Shown here one piece after another: positions 1 to 12,416 of a stretch of 64,000 nucleotides of DNA; the first letter of the stretch is position 1, and each line of letters begins with the position of its first letter. This stretch comes from Squalus acanthias (taxonomy: Eukaryota). The position numbers were made by a program, and so were the translations under genes. The notes under the pieces were generated by a model that saw nothing but the letters and a program-made list of their open reading frames with translations, was not told the origin of the DNA and ran no database searches. The stretch lies in NCBI GenBank assembly GCA_030390025.1, contig JASTWF010000121.1:62001-126000 (forward strand), read 5' to 3'.

Positions 1-1698
1 TCGTGAGAGAGGCCAGCAACTCCCTGCTCGCCCGACACACTGGCACTCCCACGGGGCAGCACTTCAGCATCCAGAGCAATCTGCCGGAGAACAGTTTGCT
101 GGCCTGCTGCGGCGCGGTGACAGCCCCGGGGACATGTGCACGAACCATCGAGGTTGGCAGCAGTCTGTGCTCGCGTGGCCTCCATCTGAGTCTGTATGAG
201 AGCAGTCAAAGGTGGGATCACGGCAGCCAGTGACTGAATTGCAGCACTAAGCGTTAGTGTGGCATCCGCCTGTGCTACAGCGAAGTGCTCCACACTCCTT
301 GCCAGTGACTCAATGCATTCGGGCACCCTTCCCACTGCACCCATGAGCTCAGTGTGCATGCCCACCGCCTGGGTGTTCATTTCTGCAATCAGCCGCTCCT
401 CCTCTGCGTCCATTGCAGTAGGAGTGTCTGGCATACTCTCCCTCTGGGGAGAAGGCCCCCGTTCTTCCCTACCCCCCCCCCATGGCGTTGCTGCAGCCCG
501 CTGGGTCCTGGAGCTTCACCATCATCAGCCCCTTCCCCCCTGCTCCCCTCCGGGGAAGGCGTGTTCCCAGTGTGGGCATGGGCTTCCTCGGGAGAGGGTG
601 GCACTGATGCTCTGGCTTCCTCTTCCTCCTCAGCTGCAGCATCACTCCCAGTGGCAGCTTCAGGGCCCGTCTCCTCAGCTGGTGAATCACCATCTGAAAG
701 CAGGGAGGTACAAGAGTGGCTTTAGCGTGAGGACAGGGTGGCAGTAAGGGAGGAATAAGTGCAGCGAGTTAGCAAGTTGGATTGAAAGTGTCAAAGGCTG
801 GTGTTGTGAGGGACAAGTGGAAGGACAGAGGACAAAAAGGTGATGACCTTACCATTGTTGTCCACAACGGGGTCGGCGTCTCCAGTGGCGACGGGACCGA
901 TCACCCGGCTTGCCACAATCCTGTGGACGCGCTCCTCCAGATCGCTGAGGGGTTGCAGCTGAAGCCGCCCTCCACCTGTCCGTTGCTGCTGTCTCCTATT
1001 ATGAGCCAGCTTAGCCTGCAAGAAAAAGGACAGCATCTGAGTAAATATACAGCCATGGTCTTGCCTGATGTGCCTCCCATAGGTGAATAGCCCTTACAAT
1101 ATACAGCCATGGTCTTGCCTGATGTGCCTCCCATAGGTGAATAGCCCTTACAATATACAGCCATGGTCTTGCCTGATGTGCCTCCCATAGGTGAATAGCC
1201 CTTACAATATACAGCCATGGTCTTGCCTGATGTGCCTCCCATAGGTAAATAGCCCTTACTGTATACAGCCATGGTCTTGCCTGATGTGCCTCCCATAGGT
1301 GAATAGCCCTTACTGTATGCAAAGTGTGGAATGTGTGTGTGTGTTTGATGAAAGGGCCATAGGTGTTGGATGAGTGTTGTGCATTGGGGTTTTAAGACCC
1401 TCTGGCCATAGAGTGAGGTTGAGATGGAGGGATGGAGAGGTATTGAGAAAAAGCCACTCACCCTGACGACCCGAGTGAGGTCGTTGAACTTTTTGCGGCA
1501 TTGAGTATGGGTCCTGGGCACCATGCTCCTGGAGGAGACGCTCTGAGCCACCTCCCTCCACACTCTTCTGAACTCACGTGGCAAAGGCCTCCTGCCACTC
1601 TCAGGGAACAGCATACATCGTCTGCGCTCCACTGCGTCAACCAGAGCATCCAAGGCCCGCTCGGTGAAGCGATGAGCGCGTTCTCTCACCCTCTCCAT
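1..1698 (-). CDS. Harbinger Myb/SANT-like DNA-binding protein (MSANTD/NAIF1-like), three exons: 1698-1462, 1015-853, 693-<1; probable frameshift in the C-run near 472-481
   Basis: Exon 1 MERVRERAHRFTERALDALVDAV...W..VA..V...RT..QCRKKFNDL is a Myb/SANT-like signature. Junctions AGG|GTGAGT, TGCAG|GCT, G|GTAAGG and TTTCAG|AT are canonical and phase-compatible. Exon 2 has the typical K.AHNRR....TGGG motif. Confidence 0.75.
1045..1318. repeat. 54-bp minisatellite, about 5 copies, in intron 1 of the Harbinger Myb gene
   Basis: Unit ATATACAGCCATGGTCTTGCCTGATGTGCCTCCCATAGGTGAATAGCCCTTACA; it explains the 18-aa repeats in ORFs 901..1710 and 1011..1322. Confidence 0.95.
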
Positions 1699-2239
1699 GC
1701 TTGGCAGCAAAATGGATTACAGGTCTCTCCAGGCTGAGATTCAAGGCTGCAATGAGCAGGGTGTGGCTGGGGAGCAAGTGGCCCCCCCCGCTTTAAGAAG
1801 TGTCCGGCGCCAGTGTGTCTGTGTTCCCTCGCTAACTGGCAGCAGCTGCGCTGCGCTCGCGCGCTGAGTTAGCGCCTCACTCCTTGGCCTTTGCGCCTTA
1901 AGAGAGGTGTGCAGCTCCTGCTTTAGCGCTCCACTCACCTCCCGGGGCGGTAAAAGTGAAGTTTCCTGTCAGTGCCGATAATTAGCGCCAGGCGCTAATA
2001 TTTGCGTCCGGACGATATTTGCGCCCCAAATGGGGCGCAACCTAATTTCTACCCCTATGACTCTATCACGGCCGGGGCATGAGCGGGGCACTAATGGTTA
2101 CCGCCGCCGCCAACCTCCCACTGAATTCCGCGGGAGGCGTTGGCGGCGCCATGCCCAGGTGCGAGTTGCTTTGCGCCCCTCCTAGGGCGCTCACGGGAGG
2201 CGCAAAGCAACTGAATTTTTAGGCCTATGACTCTATGTC

Positions 2240-3305
2240 CTGTGAAGAATGTCTACAGATACCATTATACACATGATGGCCATTCAGTGGCCGCTGACAA
2301 ATGTCCCCATATGAGTGGCTGATGTAATGTAGCTGTATGATCTGTAATTTTGTCACCAGGTTGCTGAGATGTCCCCCTCTCTCCGTCTCCCACTGCCAGC
2401 TGCTCGGCGACTCCAGATATTTCTAAAGCAGCCTCCTCTGCTGTTGTAAGCTTTGTAATTGATGGATGGTAATGAGTGTAAGGAATGGATGGGTTAGATC
2501 TCTAGAGGGAGACTATGATGGAGTGGGGGTGCCAAAGCCAAGTGGCCTCCTTGTGTGTTGTTAGTTGGTATGATTGCACTAGGATGAGGGTGAGTGTGAG
2601 GGGTGCCTGGTGAGATGGGGATGTGATAATGTAGATAGAGAGAGAGGGATGAGTGGATGAGCAAGGTATGTTGGTGTGATTAAGGATGTGCAGGAGCAGG
2701 GCTGGGAAGGCAGCGTGATGGGGATGTGATGAGAGGCACAGCAGGATGAAGTTAAGTGTGGCTTTGTACTCACCTTTCCTGATCTAATGAGATTATTGAA
2801 GAATTTGTGGCACTGCCCCAGGTCTCCCTGACCACATCCCTGCTGGTGACCTTCTCTGCAATCTCCAACCAGACTGTTTTGGTCTCCTGGGGAGGTCTCT
2901 TCCGCCCATTGGAAGGGAAGAGGACCTCAGTGTACTCTGACTCGCTCCATATGCATATGGAGGGAATCATCGGAGAACCTGGGTGCAGCCCTGTGCCTCT
3001 GTGCAGTCATTGTCAAGGTGTTTGCAGCACTCCAATGCTGTAGTACACTGACAGCACTATGTTACATTAACCATCAAATGTAATGTGACCACGGCCCCTT
3101 TAAAACTCCCAGCTGGAAACGTGTCATGAATGACGTCACCAGACCCGCACCATTTCATTGGGCCGGGTAACGTGCAGGGCGGGTTTAATAGGCCCTATGA
3201 ACATAAACTGGTTCTGTGGCGCGGGATGGAGCCAGCAACGGGCTCACGACCAGCCATGGCGGACACCCACATCACACCTGCCCAGGTCAAGGAAACTCCG
3301 GCCAA
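2240..3305 (-). mobile_element. Decayed second Harbinger family, remnant of a Myb/SANT exon
   Basis: EVLFPSNGRKRP...VWLEIAEKVTSR...(degenerate QCRK.F.DL) followed by a GTGAGT donor near 2772. Confidence 0.6.
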
Positions 3306-3435
3306 TGTCTTTTGTTCAATTAACTGTGTGAACAAGCTTACACACACACACTATCTATGGATTATTATGATGGCACAACCTTCAGGCCAGCCCGAAGTCT
3401 AATTAGACAGAGACAAGGCTTCGGTCCCCTTAGAC

Positions 3436-3586
3436 AAAAGCAAAATACTGCGGATACCGGAAATCTGAAATAAAAACAGAAAATGCTGGAAATACTCAGC
3501 AGGTCAGGCAGCATCTGTGGAGAGAGAAACAGAGTTAACCTTTCAGGTCGATGACCTGAGTATTTCCAGCATTTTCTATTTTTATC
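3436..3586. mobile_element. Penelope-like terminal fragment with an inverted duplication
   Basis: Same motif as 62773-62868. Arms 3470-3499 and 3556-3585 are a 30-bp inverted repeat with 1 mismatch. Confidence 0.65.
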
Positions 3587-3814
3587 TTAGGTTCCCTTAT
3601 CTTTGTTTTTAGCTTCCTACAAACTTGCTTTATTCAACAATTAATGGAGACTTTGAAACTAATGACTATTCCAGCTGTAAGGAAATACTAATTTAAACAC
3701 CAAGCTCTTTGCCCCATAAGCTAAAGCTAAGCTAGCCTGAATTTCCCATCAACCTCTCTGTCTCTTCCTTCTCCATGTTCCAACATGTCCCATGTTCCAA
3801 CAGTCTGGAGTCAC

Positions 3815-4262
3815 ATATAAGAACATAAGAATTCGGAGCAGGAGTGGGCCATACGATCCCTCGAGCCTGCTCCACCATTCAATAAGATCATGGCTGATCT
3901 TCAACCTCAACTCCACTTTCCTGCCCGATCCCCATATCCCTCGATTCCCCAAGAGTCCAAAAATCTATCGATCGCAGCCCAGCACGTATCGGCCAGACCG
4001 GGTAAGGACGGCAGGTTTCCTCCCTGAAGGACATCAGTGAACCAGTTGGGTTTTTACAACAACCGACAGCTTCATGATGATCATTACTGATGCTAGCTTC
4101 GTATTCCAGATTTATTTAATTGTTTATTTTAAACTGAATTCCAATTGACAAACTGCTCCGTTGGGATTTCACCTGACCTAATATCTCCTTATGTGGCTCG
4201 GTGTGGAGCCCCTTGGGATGTTTTACTGTGTTAAAGCTGCGATAAACATGCAAGTTGTTGTT
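3815..4262. mobile_element. Cluster of short fragments: CR1 3' end (-), tRNA-SINE piece (-), L2-type tail (+)
   Basis: Each piece matches longer copies elsewhere in the window (for example 39757+, 29010-29397 and 7350-7460). Confidence 0.7.
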
Positions 4263-4789
4263 TATGGGAGCTTGTATCAGCCTTTACATTTTGACCTAAT
4301 CTGATGTTCAGAATCAAATGTGGGCATGAGTTGAGGAAATAGGCTGACAAATGGCCAGTGGCCAAAAGAACAAACTGTGTGAAGTCTGTGGTTTGTCTGC
4401 CTTGCTCTTGTTCTTCATATCTTTATAAATTATTTTTTGACAGTCTATTCAGCAGACACTTCCAGCTTTGTTTCATTTCACTGATCCAGCCAATTGTTAA
4501 ACAAAACTCTAATTAAACTGATAATTAAATGCGTGTCTCTGTTATAGAGCTAATCAATTCAAAAGCATTAAAAATGGCTGGAGGCAACTTGTGAACATGA
4601 AAATGACAAAGTTTCCACCTCCCTATAGCCTGAAATAGTTCTGCACTTGATGTGTTATAAGCGACACCTTTATAATGAACTTCAATAGTCATGGCTAGTG
4701 GTTAGTGTTTTTTGTCAGAGATAGGCTGCTGCCCATGATAAGCATGGATGGTATAAGTGCAGCTTCTGTATTTACCTAATGCTACATTC

Positions 4790-7460
4790 TGCTTGCCTCC
4801 TTACAAGCAGCCACCCCAACTGCCCCATCCTACTCTCTCACCGACCTTCCCACCCAGCGCGCCGCTGGGGGCTAATCTTTCCTGTCTCCTTGCCGTCCCA
4901 CTCACCGCTCCCAATGCTGATACTGTGGACTCTGCCACTGGATCAGCTATCACCGCCTCTCTCCACATCTCCCTCCAGAATGTGCCTTCACTTGTGAACA
5001 AGGCCCTTGCCATCCATGAGCTTATTGTGGATGATTGCATCAACATCATGGCCTTGATGGAAACCTGGCTGAGGGGTGATGACACCTTCCCCCTAAATGA
5101 AGCCCGCCCGCCTGGTTATACCTTCCACCACTTGCCCCGTCCAGACTGTCGCGGTGGTGGTGTGGCTCTTATCACCAGATCACACCTTGGTCTGTCCCCC
5201 TACTCCTCTGGCACCTTCTCCTCCTTTGAGCATCTCACCTTGTTCCACCACTCTCACCTTTCATTTAAAATCCTCGTTCTCTACCGTCCAACCGTACAAA
5301 GTTTATCGGTGAGTTATCTTCACTGCTTTCCTCCCTCAGCCTCTGCACCAAGTGACTTCTTATCCTCGGTGATTTCAACCTCCATCTCAACTCATCATTC
5401 TCGTTCTCCTCTGACTTGAATGGATATGGCGGACAACTGGTTTAGCCATCCAACGCCAGACCTGGCTGGACCACTTAAAGCACTATCGGATCCTGCTCAC
5501 ATCTGCCAAAACTCCTCACTATTTCAGGATCATCCTGGAATGCAAAGATAACCCCCAGCTTCTTTTCTCAACTGCAAATCGTCTTCTTAAACCCTTCTCC
5601 CCTGTCTCCCTCACCCTCACATCCAACAGCAAGTGTGAGGAGCTCATGGACTTCTTTGACTCTCAGATTGAGACCATCCAATCAGCTGCCTCTGCCATTT
5701 CCCTTCCTTCCCCTAGCCCACCGGGCCAAACTTCCTCTCACGTTCCCCCCTGCCCTAGCCCTGAACTCCCATCTTTTTCTAGCTCTCCTCTCATTCCCTC
5801 TCCGCGCTCATTCTGTCCTGAGATCCACCTCCTGCTCCCTCGACTCAATTCCCACTAAACTGCTGACCACCCAGCCTCCCTTCCTGGCCCCCATGTTAGC
5901 TGATATCACTAACTGTTCTCTCTCCTCAGATAATGTCCCCCCTCTCCTTCAAATCTGCCGTCATCACCCCTCTCCTCAAAAACCCTTGACCCCTCCTTCC
6001 TTGCAAACTACCGCCCATCTCCAACATCCCATTCCTCTTCAAAGTCCTTGAACGTGCTGTCGCCTTCCAAATCCATGCACATCTTTCCCGGAACTCCATG
6101 TTTGAAACCCTCCAATCAGGTTTCCGCTGCTGTCACAATACCGAAACGGCTCTTATCAAAGTCAAAACTGACATCTATGTGACTGTGACAATGGTAAACT
6201 ATCGCTCCTCATCCTTCCCAACCTGTCTGCAGCCTTTGACACGGTTGACCACACCATCGACCTCCTCCATCGCCTCTCCACCCTCGACCAGCTGGGTGGG
6301 AATACACTCGCCTGGTTCCATCCTTATCTATCCTAATCGAGGTCTATATAATTATGAAAGGTTTTGATAGAGTGGATACAGAGAGAATGTTTCCACTTGT
6401 GACGAAGAGCATAACTAGAGGCCATCAACATAAGATAGTCACCAAGAAATCCAATAGGGAATTCAGAAGAAACTTGTTTACCCAAAGAGTGGTGAGAATG
6501 TGGAACTCGCTACCACAGGGAGTGGTTGAAGTGAATAGTATAGATACATTTAAGGGGAGGCTAGACAAGCATATAAGGGAAAAGGGAATAGAGGGTTATG
6601 CTGATAGAGTTAGATGAGGAAAGATGGGAGGAGGCTCGAGTGGAGCATAAATGCCGGCACGGACAGGTTGGGCCGAATGGCCTGTTTCTGTGCCGTATAT
6701 CCCATGGTATGTAATATCCAGTCGTAGTCAGAGAATCACCTGCAATGGCTTCTCTTCCTGCTCCCGCACCGTTACCTCTGGTGCCTCCAAGGATCTATCC
6801 TTGGCCCCCCTCCTATTTCTCATCTACATGCTGCCCCTCGACAACATCATCTGAAAACATAGCGTCAGTTTCCACATTTACGCTGACGACACCCAGCTCT
6901 ACCTCACCACCACCTCTCTCGATCCCTCCACTGCCTCTAAATTGTCACAATGCTTGTCCGACACCCAGTACTGGATGAACAGAAATTTCCTCCAACTAAA
7001 TATTGGGAAGAACGAAGCGATCGTCTTCGATCCCCGCTTGCTGACCAACACTGGCTCCCGGTTAATCAATGCCTTGATTTTAAAATTCTCATCCTTGTTT
7101 TCAAATCCCTACATGGCCTCGTCCCTCCCTATCTCTGTAACCTCCTCCAGCCCTACAATCCTCTGAGATATCTGCACTCCTCTAATTCTGGCCTCTTGAG
7201 CATCCACGATTATAATTGCTCCACCATTGGTGGCCGTGGCTTCAGCTGCCTGGGCCCTCTCTAAACCTCTCCGCCTCTCTACCTCTCTTTCTCCTTTCAG
7301 ACACTCCTAAAACCTATCTCTTTGATCAAGCTTTTGTTCATCTGCCTTGATATCTCCTTATGTGGCTCGGTGTCAAATTATCTTTGAGAACGCTCCTGTG
7401 AAGCGCTTGGGACATTTTACTACGTTAAAGACGCTATATAAATACAAGTTGTTGTTGTTG
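4790..7460 (+). mobile_element. L2 LINE, degenerate (APE and RT remnants, 3' tail), with a CR1 3' fragment inserted at about 6340-6714
   Basis: ETWL...RGGGVA endonuclease motifs; QSGFR..HNTETAL; YADDTQLY remnant; tail ...CGCTATATAAATACAAGTTGTTG. Confidence 0.85.
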
Positions 7461-7769
7461 TAAGGGGTTAACTCCCAAGGCTGCACACAGCAATATTTCC
7501 TCAACATTAGACCAACAGGCTGAATTTAATCTCAATAATAGTGATTTGGAGGGTTAAGCAGAATATAAAGGTAGGGTTGTTATATAGAAACACAAGTATC
7601 TCACGGACATTCAGCCCCGTAAGGCTGTTCCGCCATTCAATTGGATCATGGCTGATCTGTACCTCAACTCCATTTACCCTAAAGGGTGGTGTTGGTTCCA
7701 GTGTAGCTCATACAAAATACTTTCCCCCAAGTAAGTTACAACAGCACTTTCAAACTCCCAACCTTCCAG

Positions 7770-9810
7770 CATTTGGCCCTCTGCTTGCAGCTACCATGAA
7801 CGGTTCTGACACACAACTGGTTGAGCCATTCATTGGCAGATCTGGCTGGACCACATCAAGCACTATCAGGCCCTGCTCTCCTCTGCCAAAACTGCTCACT
7901 ACTCCAGCATCATCCTGGAATGCAGAGATAACCCTCGTCTTCTTTCCTCCACTACCAATTGTCTCCCTAAACCCCTCTCCCCTGCGCTCACCAGCCTCAT
8001 TTCTCATTTCCAACAGCAGGTACAAGGATCTCATGGACTTCTTTGTCAGTAAGATTGAGACCATCCATTTAGCTGCCTCTGCTGCATCCCTTCTTCCCCT
8101 AGCCCACCAAGCCAAACTTCAGCCAAGGTTGCCCCCTGCCCGACCCCTAAACTTGCATCTCACTGGTTTCTCTCCTATCTCCCCTCATGCTCTCTCCAAG
8201 CTGAGACTGACACCCTGCTCTCTCAACCCTATTCCAACCAAACCACTGACCAAACAATCCCTTCCTGGCCTCCATGCTAACCGATATTCTAAATGGTTCC
8301 CTCTCCTCAAGTACTGTCCCATTCTCTTTCAAATCTGCCGTCATCACCCCCCTCCTCAATAAAAGCAGCGTTGACCCCTCTGCCCTTGCATACTGCCGCT
8401 CCATCTCCAACCTCACTTTTCTCTCCAAAATTCTTCAAAGTGTTGTCGCCTCCCAAATCCGTGCACATCGTTCCCACAGTTCCACGTTTGAACCTCTGCA
8501 ATGAGGTTTCTGTCCCTGACACCACTGAACCTGCCCCAATCACAGTGGCAAATGACATCCCATGGCACTGTGATTATAGTGCACGAGCCCTCCTCATCCT
8601 TCTTCACCTGTTTGCAGCCTTTGACAAGGTTGACCACACCATCCTCCTCCAATGCTTCAACTCCATTGGCCAGCTGATTGGGCCTGCTTTCATCTAGTTT
8701 CACTCCTAACTTTCTTGTCAAAGCCAGAGACGCTCCTGCGATGGCTTCTCTCCCCTCCCTCGTACCATTAGCTATGGAGTCCCCCAGGGATCTATCCTTG
8801 GCCCCCTCCTATTTCTCATCTACATCATCGAAAGACACAACATCAGGTTCCACTTGCACGCTGACAACACCCAGCTCTACCTAACCACCAGCTCCCTCGA
8901 CCCCTCCACTGCCTCCGTGTTGTCAGACTGCTTGTCCAACATGCTGTTCTGGATGAGCTGAAATTTCCTTCAATTAAGCATTGGGAAGACCAAAGCCATT
9001 GTCTTTGGCCCCCACCACAAACTCTGTTCCCTAGCCACCGATTCCAAACCCCTCTCTGGCTATTGTCTCAGGCTGAACCAGACTGTTTGCAATCTCAGCA
9101 TCCTATTTGACCCTGAGCTGAGCTCCCGACCCCATATCCTCTCCATCACCAAGACCGACTACTTCCACCTCCGTAATATCACCCGTCTCCGCCCCGCCTC
9201 AGCCCATCTGCTGCTGAAACCCTCATTTATATTTTTGTTCCCTCCAGTTTGGACTATTCTGATGCTCTCCTGGCCGGCCTCCATCTTCCACCTTCCATAA
9301 ATGAGCTCATCCGAAACTCTGCTGCCCGTATCCTAACTCGCACCAAGTCCTGTTCACCCATCACTCTTGTGCTCGCTGACCTACATTGGCTCTCAGTCCG
9401 GCAATGCCTTATAATGCTCATTCTCATGTTCAAATCCCTCCATGGCCTCGTCCCTCCCTATCTCTGTAATCTCCTTCAGCCCCACAACCCCCCGAGATAT
9501 CTGCATCCTCTAATTCTGCCCTCTTGAGCATCCCTGATTATAATCGCTCAACCATTGGCGGCCGTGCCTTCTGTTGCCCAGGCCCTAAGCTCTGGAATTC
9601 CCTGCCTAAATTTGTCCACCTCGATACCTCTCTTTCCTCCTTTGGGACACTCCTTAGAACCTACCTCTTTGACCAAGCTTTTGGTCACCTGCCCTAATTT
9701 ATCTTTATGTGGCTCGGTGTCAAATTATTTGTCTTAAAATACTCCTGTGAAGCGCCTTGGGACGTTTTACTACGTAAAAGGCGCTATATAAATACAAGTT
9801 GTTGTTGATG
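7770..9810 (+). mobile_element. L2 LINE, degenerate
   Basis: Homologous to 4790-7460; AAFDKVDH and LHWL motifs; same 3' tail. Confidence 0.85.
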
Positions 9811-9879
9811 TTGGTGTTACTTTTTGTCTGTTTACTCTCCTGGGAAATGTTTACTGTGTTAAAGTCACTATATAAATGC

Positions 9880-10657
9880 GGGCAACAAGGGCAGACATCG
9901 ATGATGAAGTCCAACACCGCCTTCAGTATGCCAATGCAGCCTTCGCTCGCCTGAGGAAGTGAGTATTTGAAGACCAGGACCTCAAACCCGGCACTAAGCT
10001 CATGGTCTACAGTGCAGCAGTGATACCTGCCCTGCTGTATGCCTCAGAGACATGGACCATGTACAGCAGGCACCTCAAAGCACTGGAGAGGTACCACCAA
10101 TGCTGCCTCCGCAAGATCCTGCAATTCCATTGGCAGGATAGGTGCACCAATATCAGTGTTCTCGCTCAGGCCAACATCTCTAGCATCGAAGCTTTGACCA
10201 CGCTCGATCAACTCCGATGGATGGGTCACATCGCCCGCATGCCCGATACGAGATCCCCAAAACAAGCGCTCTACTCGGAGCTCCGACTGGGCAAGAGAGC
10301 CCCAGGTGGGCAGAGGAAACGCTTCAAGGACACCCTCAAAGCCTCCTTGAAAAAGTGCAACATCCCCACTGATACTTGGGAATCCCTGGCCCAAGACCGC
10401 ACAAAGTGGAGGAGAAGCATCCAGGAAGGCGCCAAGCACCTCGAGTCTCTTCGCCGGGAGCAAGCGGAAGCCAAGCGCAGGCAGCGCAAGGAGCGCACGT
10501 CAACCCAAGCACCCCACCCACCCACCCCTTCAACCCCCGTCTGCCCCACCTGTGACAGAGACTGTAGGTCCCGCATTGGACTCATCAGTCACCTGAGAAC
10601 TCATTTTGAATGTGGAAGCAAGTCATCCTCGGTTCCGAGGGACTGCCTAAGAAGAAG
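9880..10657 (+). mobile_element. RTE-clade LINE, 5'-truncated
   Basis: LLYASETW, LRW.GH..RM and CPTCDRDC..RIGL.SH motifs; AAG-repeat tail; 10-bp TSD ATATAAATGC at 9870-9879 and 10658-10667. Confidence 0.9.
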
Positions 10658-10794
10658 ATATAAATGCCAGTTGTTGTTATAAAGGGGGGAGGAGGTTTGG
10701 CTGCAGGGGTTTTCAATGGGGGTTTCGAACATTTATGTTGCTGCAGCCAATGTGGCCCCCACTGTGTGAGCTCTCAGTGTGAAGTCGATGCATT

Positions 10795-11064
10795 GTGGGG
10801 AACTTCCTCTCAGTAAGTCTTTCACTTTATCTCTGAAGTGTTAACCGAGTCGCTACACGGAAAATCCACCCAGTAATGTCTGTTCTCAGAATAGAGCAGT
10901 CATTGGCTTATTGTCACTGCTTCCTCTTTATGTACTCTTTAACTTCCTTATCACAGAAAGAAGGGATATTAAATAACCTGCAGACAGCTGGGACACATCG
11001 TGTCTCGATGTCTTTACTGTACATACAATAAACTGTGGATAAACAGGACTGTCATTCTGTTGAG
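10795..11064 (+). promoter_or_regulatory. Putative haematopoietic promoter of the leader exon at 11065
   Basis: Non-repeat sequence with three ETS/PU.1-type cores (ACTTCCTC, GCTTCCTC, ACTTCCTT), an IRF-like TTTCACTT, a TATA-like TATTAAATA near 10967 and an E-box CAGCTG. Confidence 0.5.
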
Positions 11065-11116
11065 ATGATCAGTAAAACCCTTTTTGCTGTGACCCTGTCC
11101 CTCTGTGTTGCTTTGG
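11065..11116 (+). CDS. Signal-peptide (leader) exon MISKTLFAVTLSLCVAL-G of an Ig-superfamily gene
   Basis: ATG, 17 codons with a basic residue then a hydrophobic core, and a consensus phase-1 donor G|GTAAGT, the geometry of an Ig/TCR leader exon. Confidence 0.75.
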
Positions 11117-11324
11117 GTAAGTATGAGTTTCAGTTTGGTTCGGAGGTGTTTGACGTATAAAAAGAACTTTACATGGTTTGTGTTGCTGTGTGACTGCTCC
11201 TGCATTTAGTGTGAATTCTATTGTTCGAACATTCAGAACTGGACATGAGTATTACAAGGAGAATTTATCGCTGTATTGAGATTGTTTAGTGCTCCTGGCA
11301 CAGATCTACACAGGCTGGGAACAC

Positions 11325-11525
11325 GTAGTTAGAATGTGGAACTCGCTACCACAGGGAATAGCATAGATGCATTTATGAAGAAGCTAAATAAGCACATGAG
11401 GGAGAAAGGAATAGAAGGATATGTTGACGGGGTTAGATGAAGAGGGGTGGGATCAGGCTCGTGTGGAGCTTCAATAGCGGAATGGATCTGTTGGGCTGAA
11501 TGGCCGGTTTCTGTGTTGTTAATAC
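11325..11525 (+). mobile_element. CR1 3' end fragment
   Basis: Matches the 3' ends at 6490-6714 and 60120-60355. Confidence 0.75.
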
Positions 11526-11599
11526 TTTGTAGCAGAACAACTGGGTGTGCTCTTCCCATCATTTTCTGTCGTTCATTTTATTGGGGTAGGTTTGAGTAA

Positions 11600-11788
11600 C
11601 AGTCTGCACATTAAGGATGTGTATTTGGTTTGATTTAATCAGTCTGCACATTAAGGGTGTGTATTTGGTTTGATTTACTCAGTCTGCACATTAAGGATGT
11701 GTATTTGGTTTGATTTACTCAGTCTGCACATTAAGGATGTGTATTTGGTTTGATTTACTCAGTCTGCACATTAAGGGTGTGTATTTGG
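11600..11788. repeat. 40-bp minisatellite, about 4.7 copies
   Basis: Unit CAGTCTGCACATTAAGG(A/G)TGTGTATTTGGTTTGATTTA(A/C)T. Confidence 0.95.
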
Positions 11789-11789
11789 G

Positions 11790-12350
11790 GGGGATTTGAA
11801 CGGCTACCTACAGTTCTTGAATCTACAGCTTTGTGATTCAGAGATGAGAGTTCTACCAACTGAGCCAAGCTGACACTCACATCAACTTTACACAGTAATA
11901 AATACTTAACTTGTTACATTAAAACACCTCCAAGTCCTTCACATACAATGAATCAGTTTGAAGTTCTGGAACTGTTCTGTCGGTGAACACTGTAGCTATT
12001 CTGTGCCAGCAATATTCCCCAAAGATTAATGAGATGAATGGCCAATTAATGTGTTTTGTGATGGTGTTAGTTGGAGGATGAATGATGGCCAGGACACCAA
12101 ACCCATGTCCTGCTCTTTGTAAAATTGTGCCTTGGGATCTTCAATATTGAACTGGACCACCACATTGGTGGGGTATGGACTCAGTGTAAGAGCTCATCTG
12201 CAGGACGACACTCTGACAATGCAATATTCTCTCTGTAGTCCACCAGAATGTCAGCTTAGATTGAGAGCTCAAAGCTCTGAAATGGGACTTAAAGCCACAG
12301 CTTTCTGAGCTGAGTGTGAGAGTGCTACCAACAGAGCCAAGCTGACACAT
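11790..12350 (-). mobile_element. Old tRNA-derived Deu-domain SINE (SacSINE1-like) plus an extra SINE head
   Basis: tRNA-like heads (TGGCTCAGTTGGTAG) on the - strand; the body resembles 32684-32980. Confidence 0.65.
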
Positions 12351-12416
12351 TAGCCTCACTGCTGCTGTAGGATCTCATCCTCTCCTCCCACCATTTCCCA
12401 TCTGTTTGCCAGACAG

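Larger units (their letters stand above)
1..2055 (-). mobile_element. PIF/Harbinger DNA transposon, end carrying the Myb/SANT-like gene (continues off the window)
   Basis: Terminus reads GGGGTAGAAATT on the - strand at 2055. It contains a spliced Myb/SANT-like gene. The GC-rich subterminal ~330 bp closely matches the right end of the element at 49359-50252. Confidence 0.8.
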
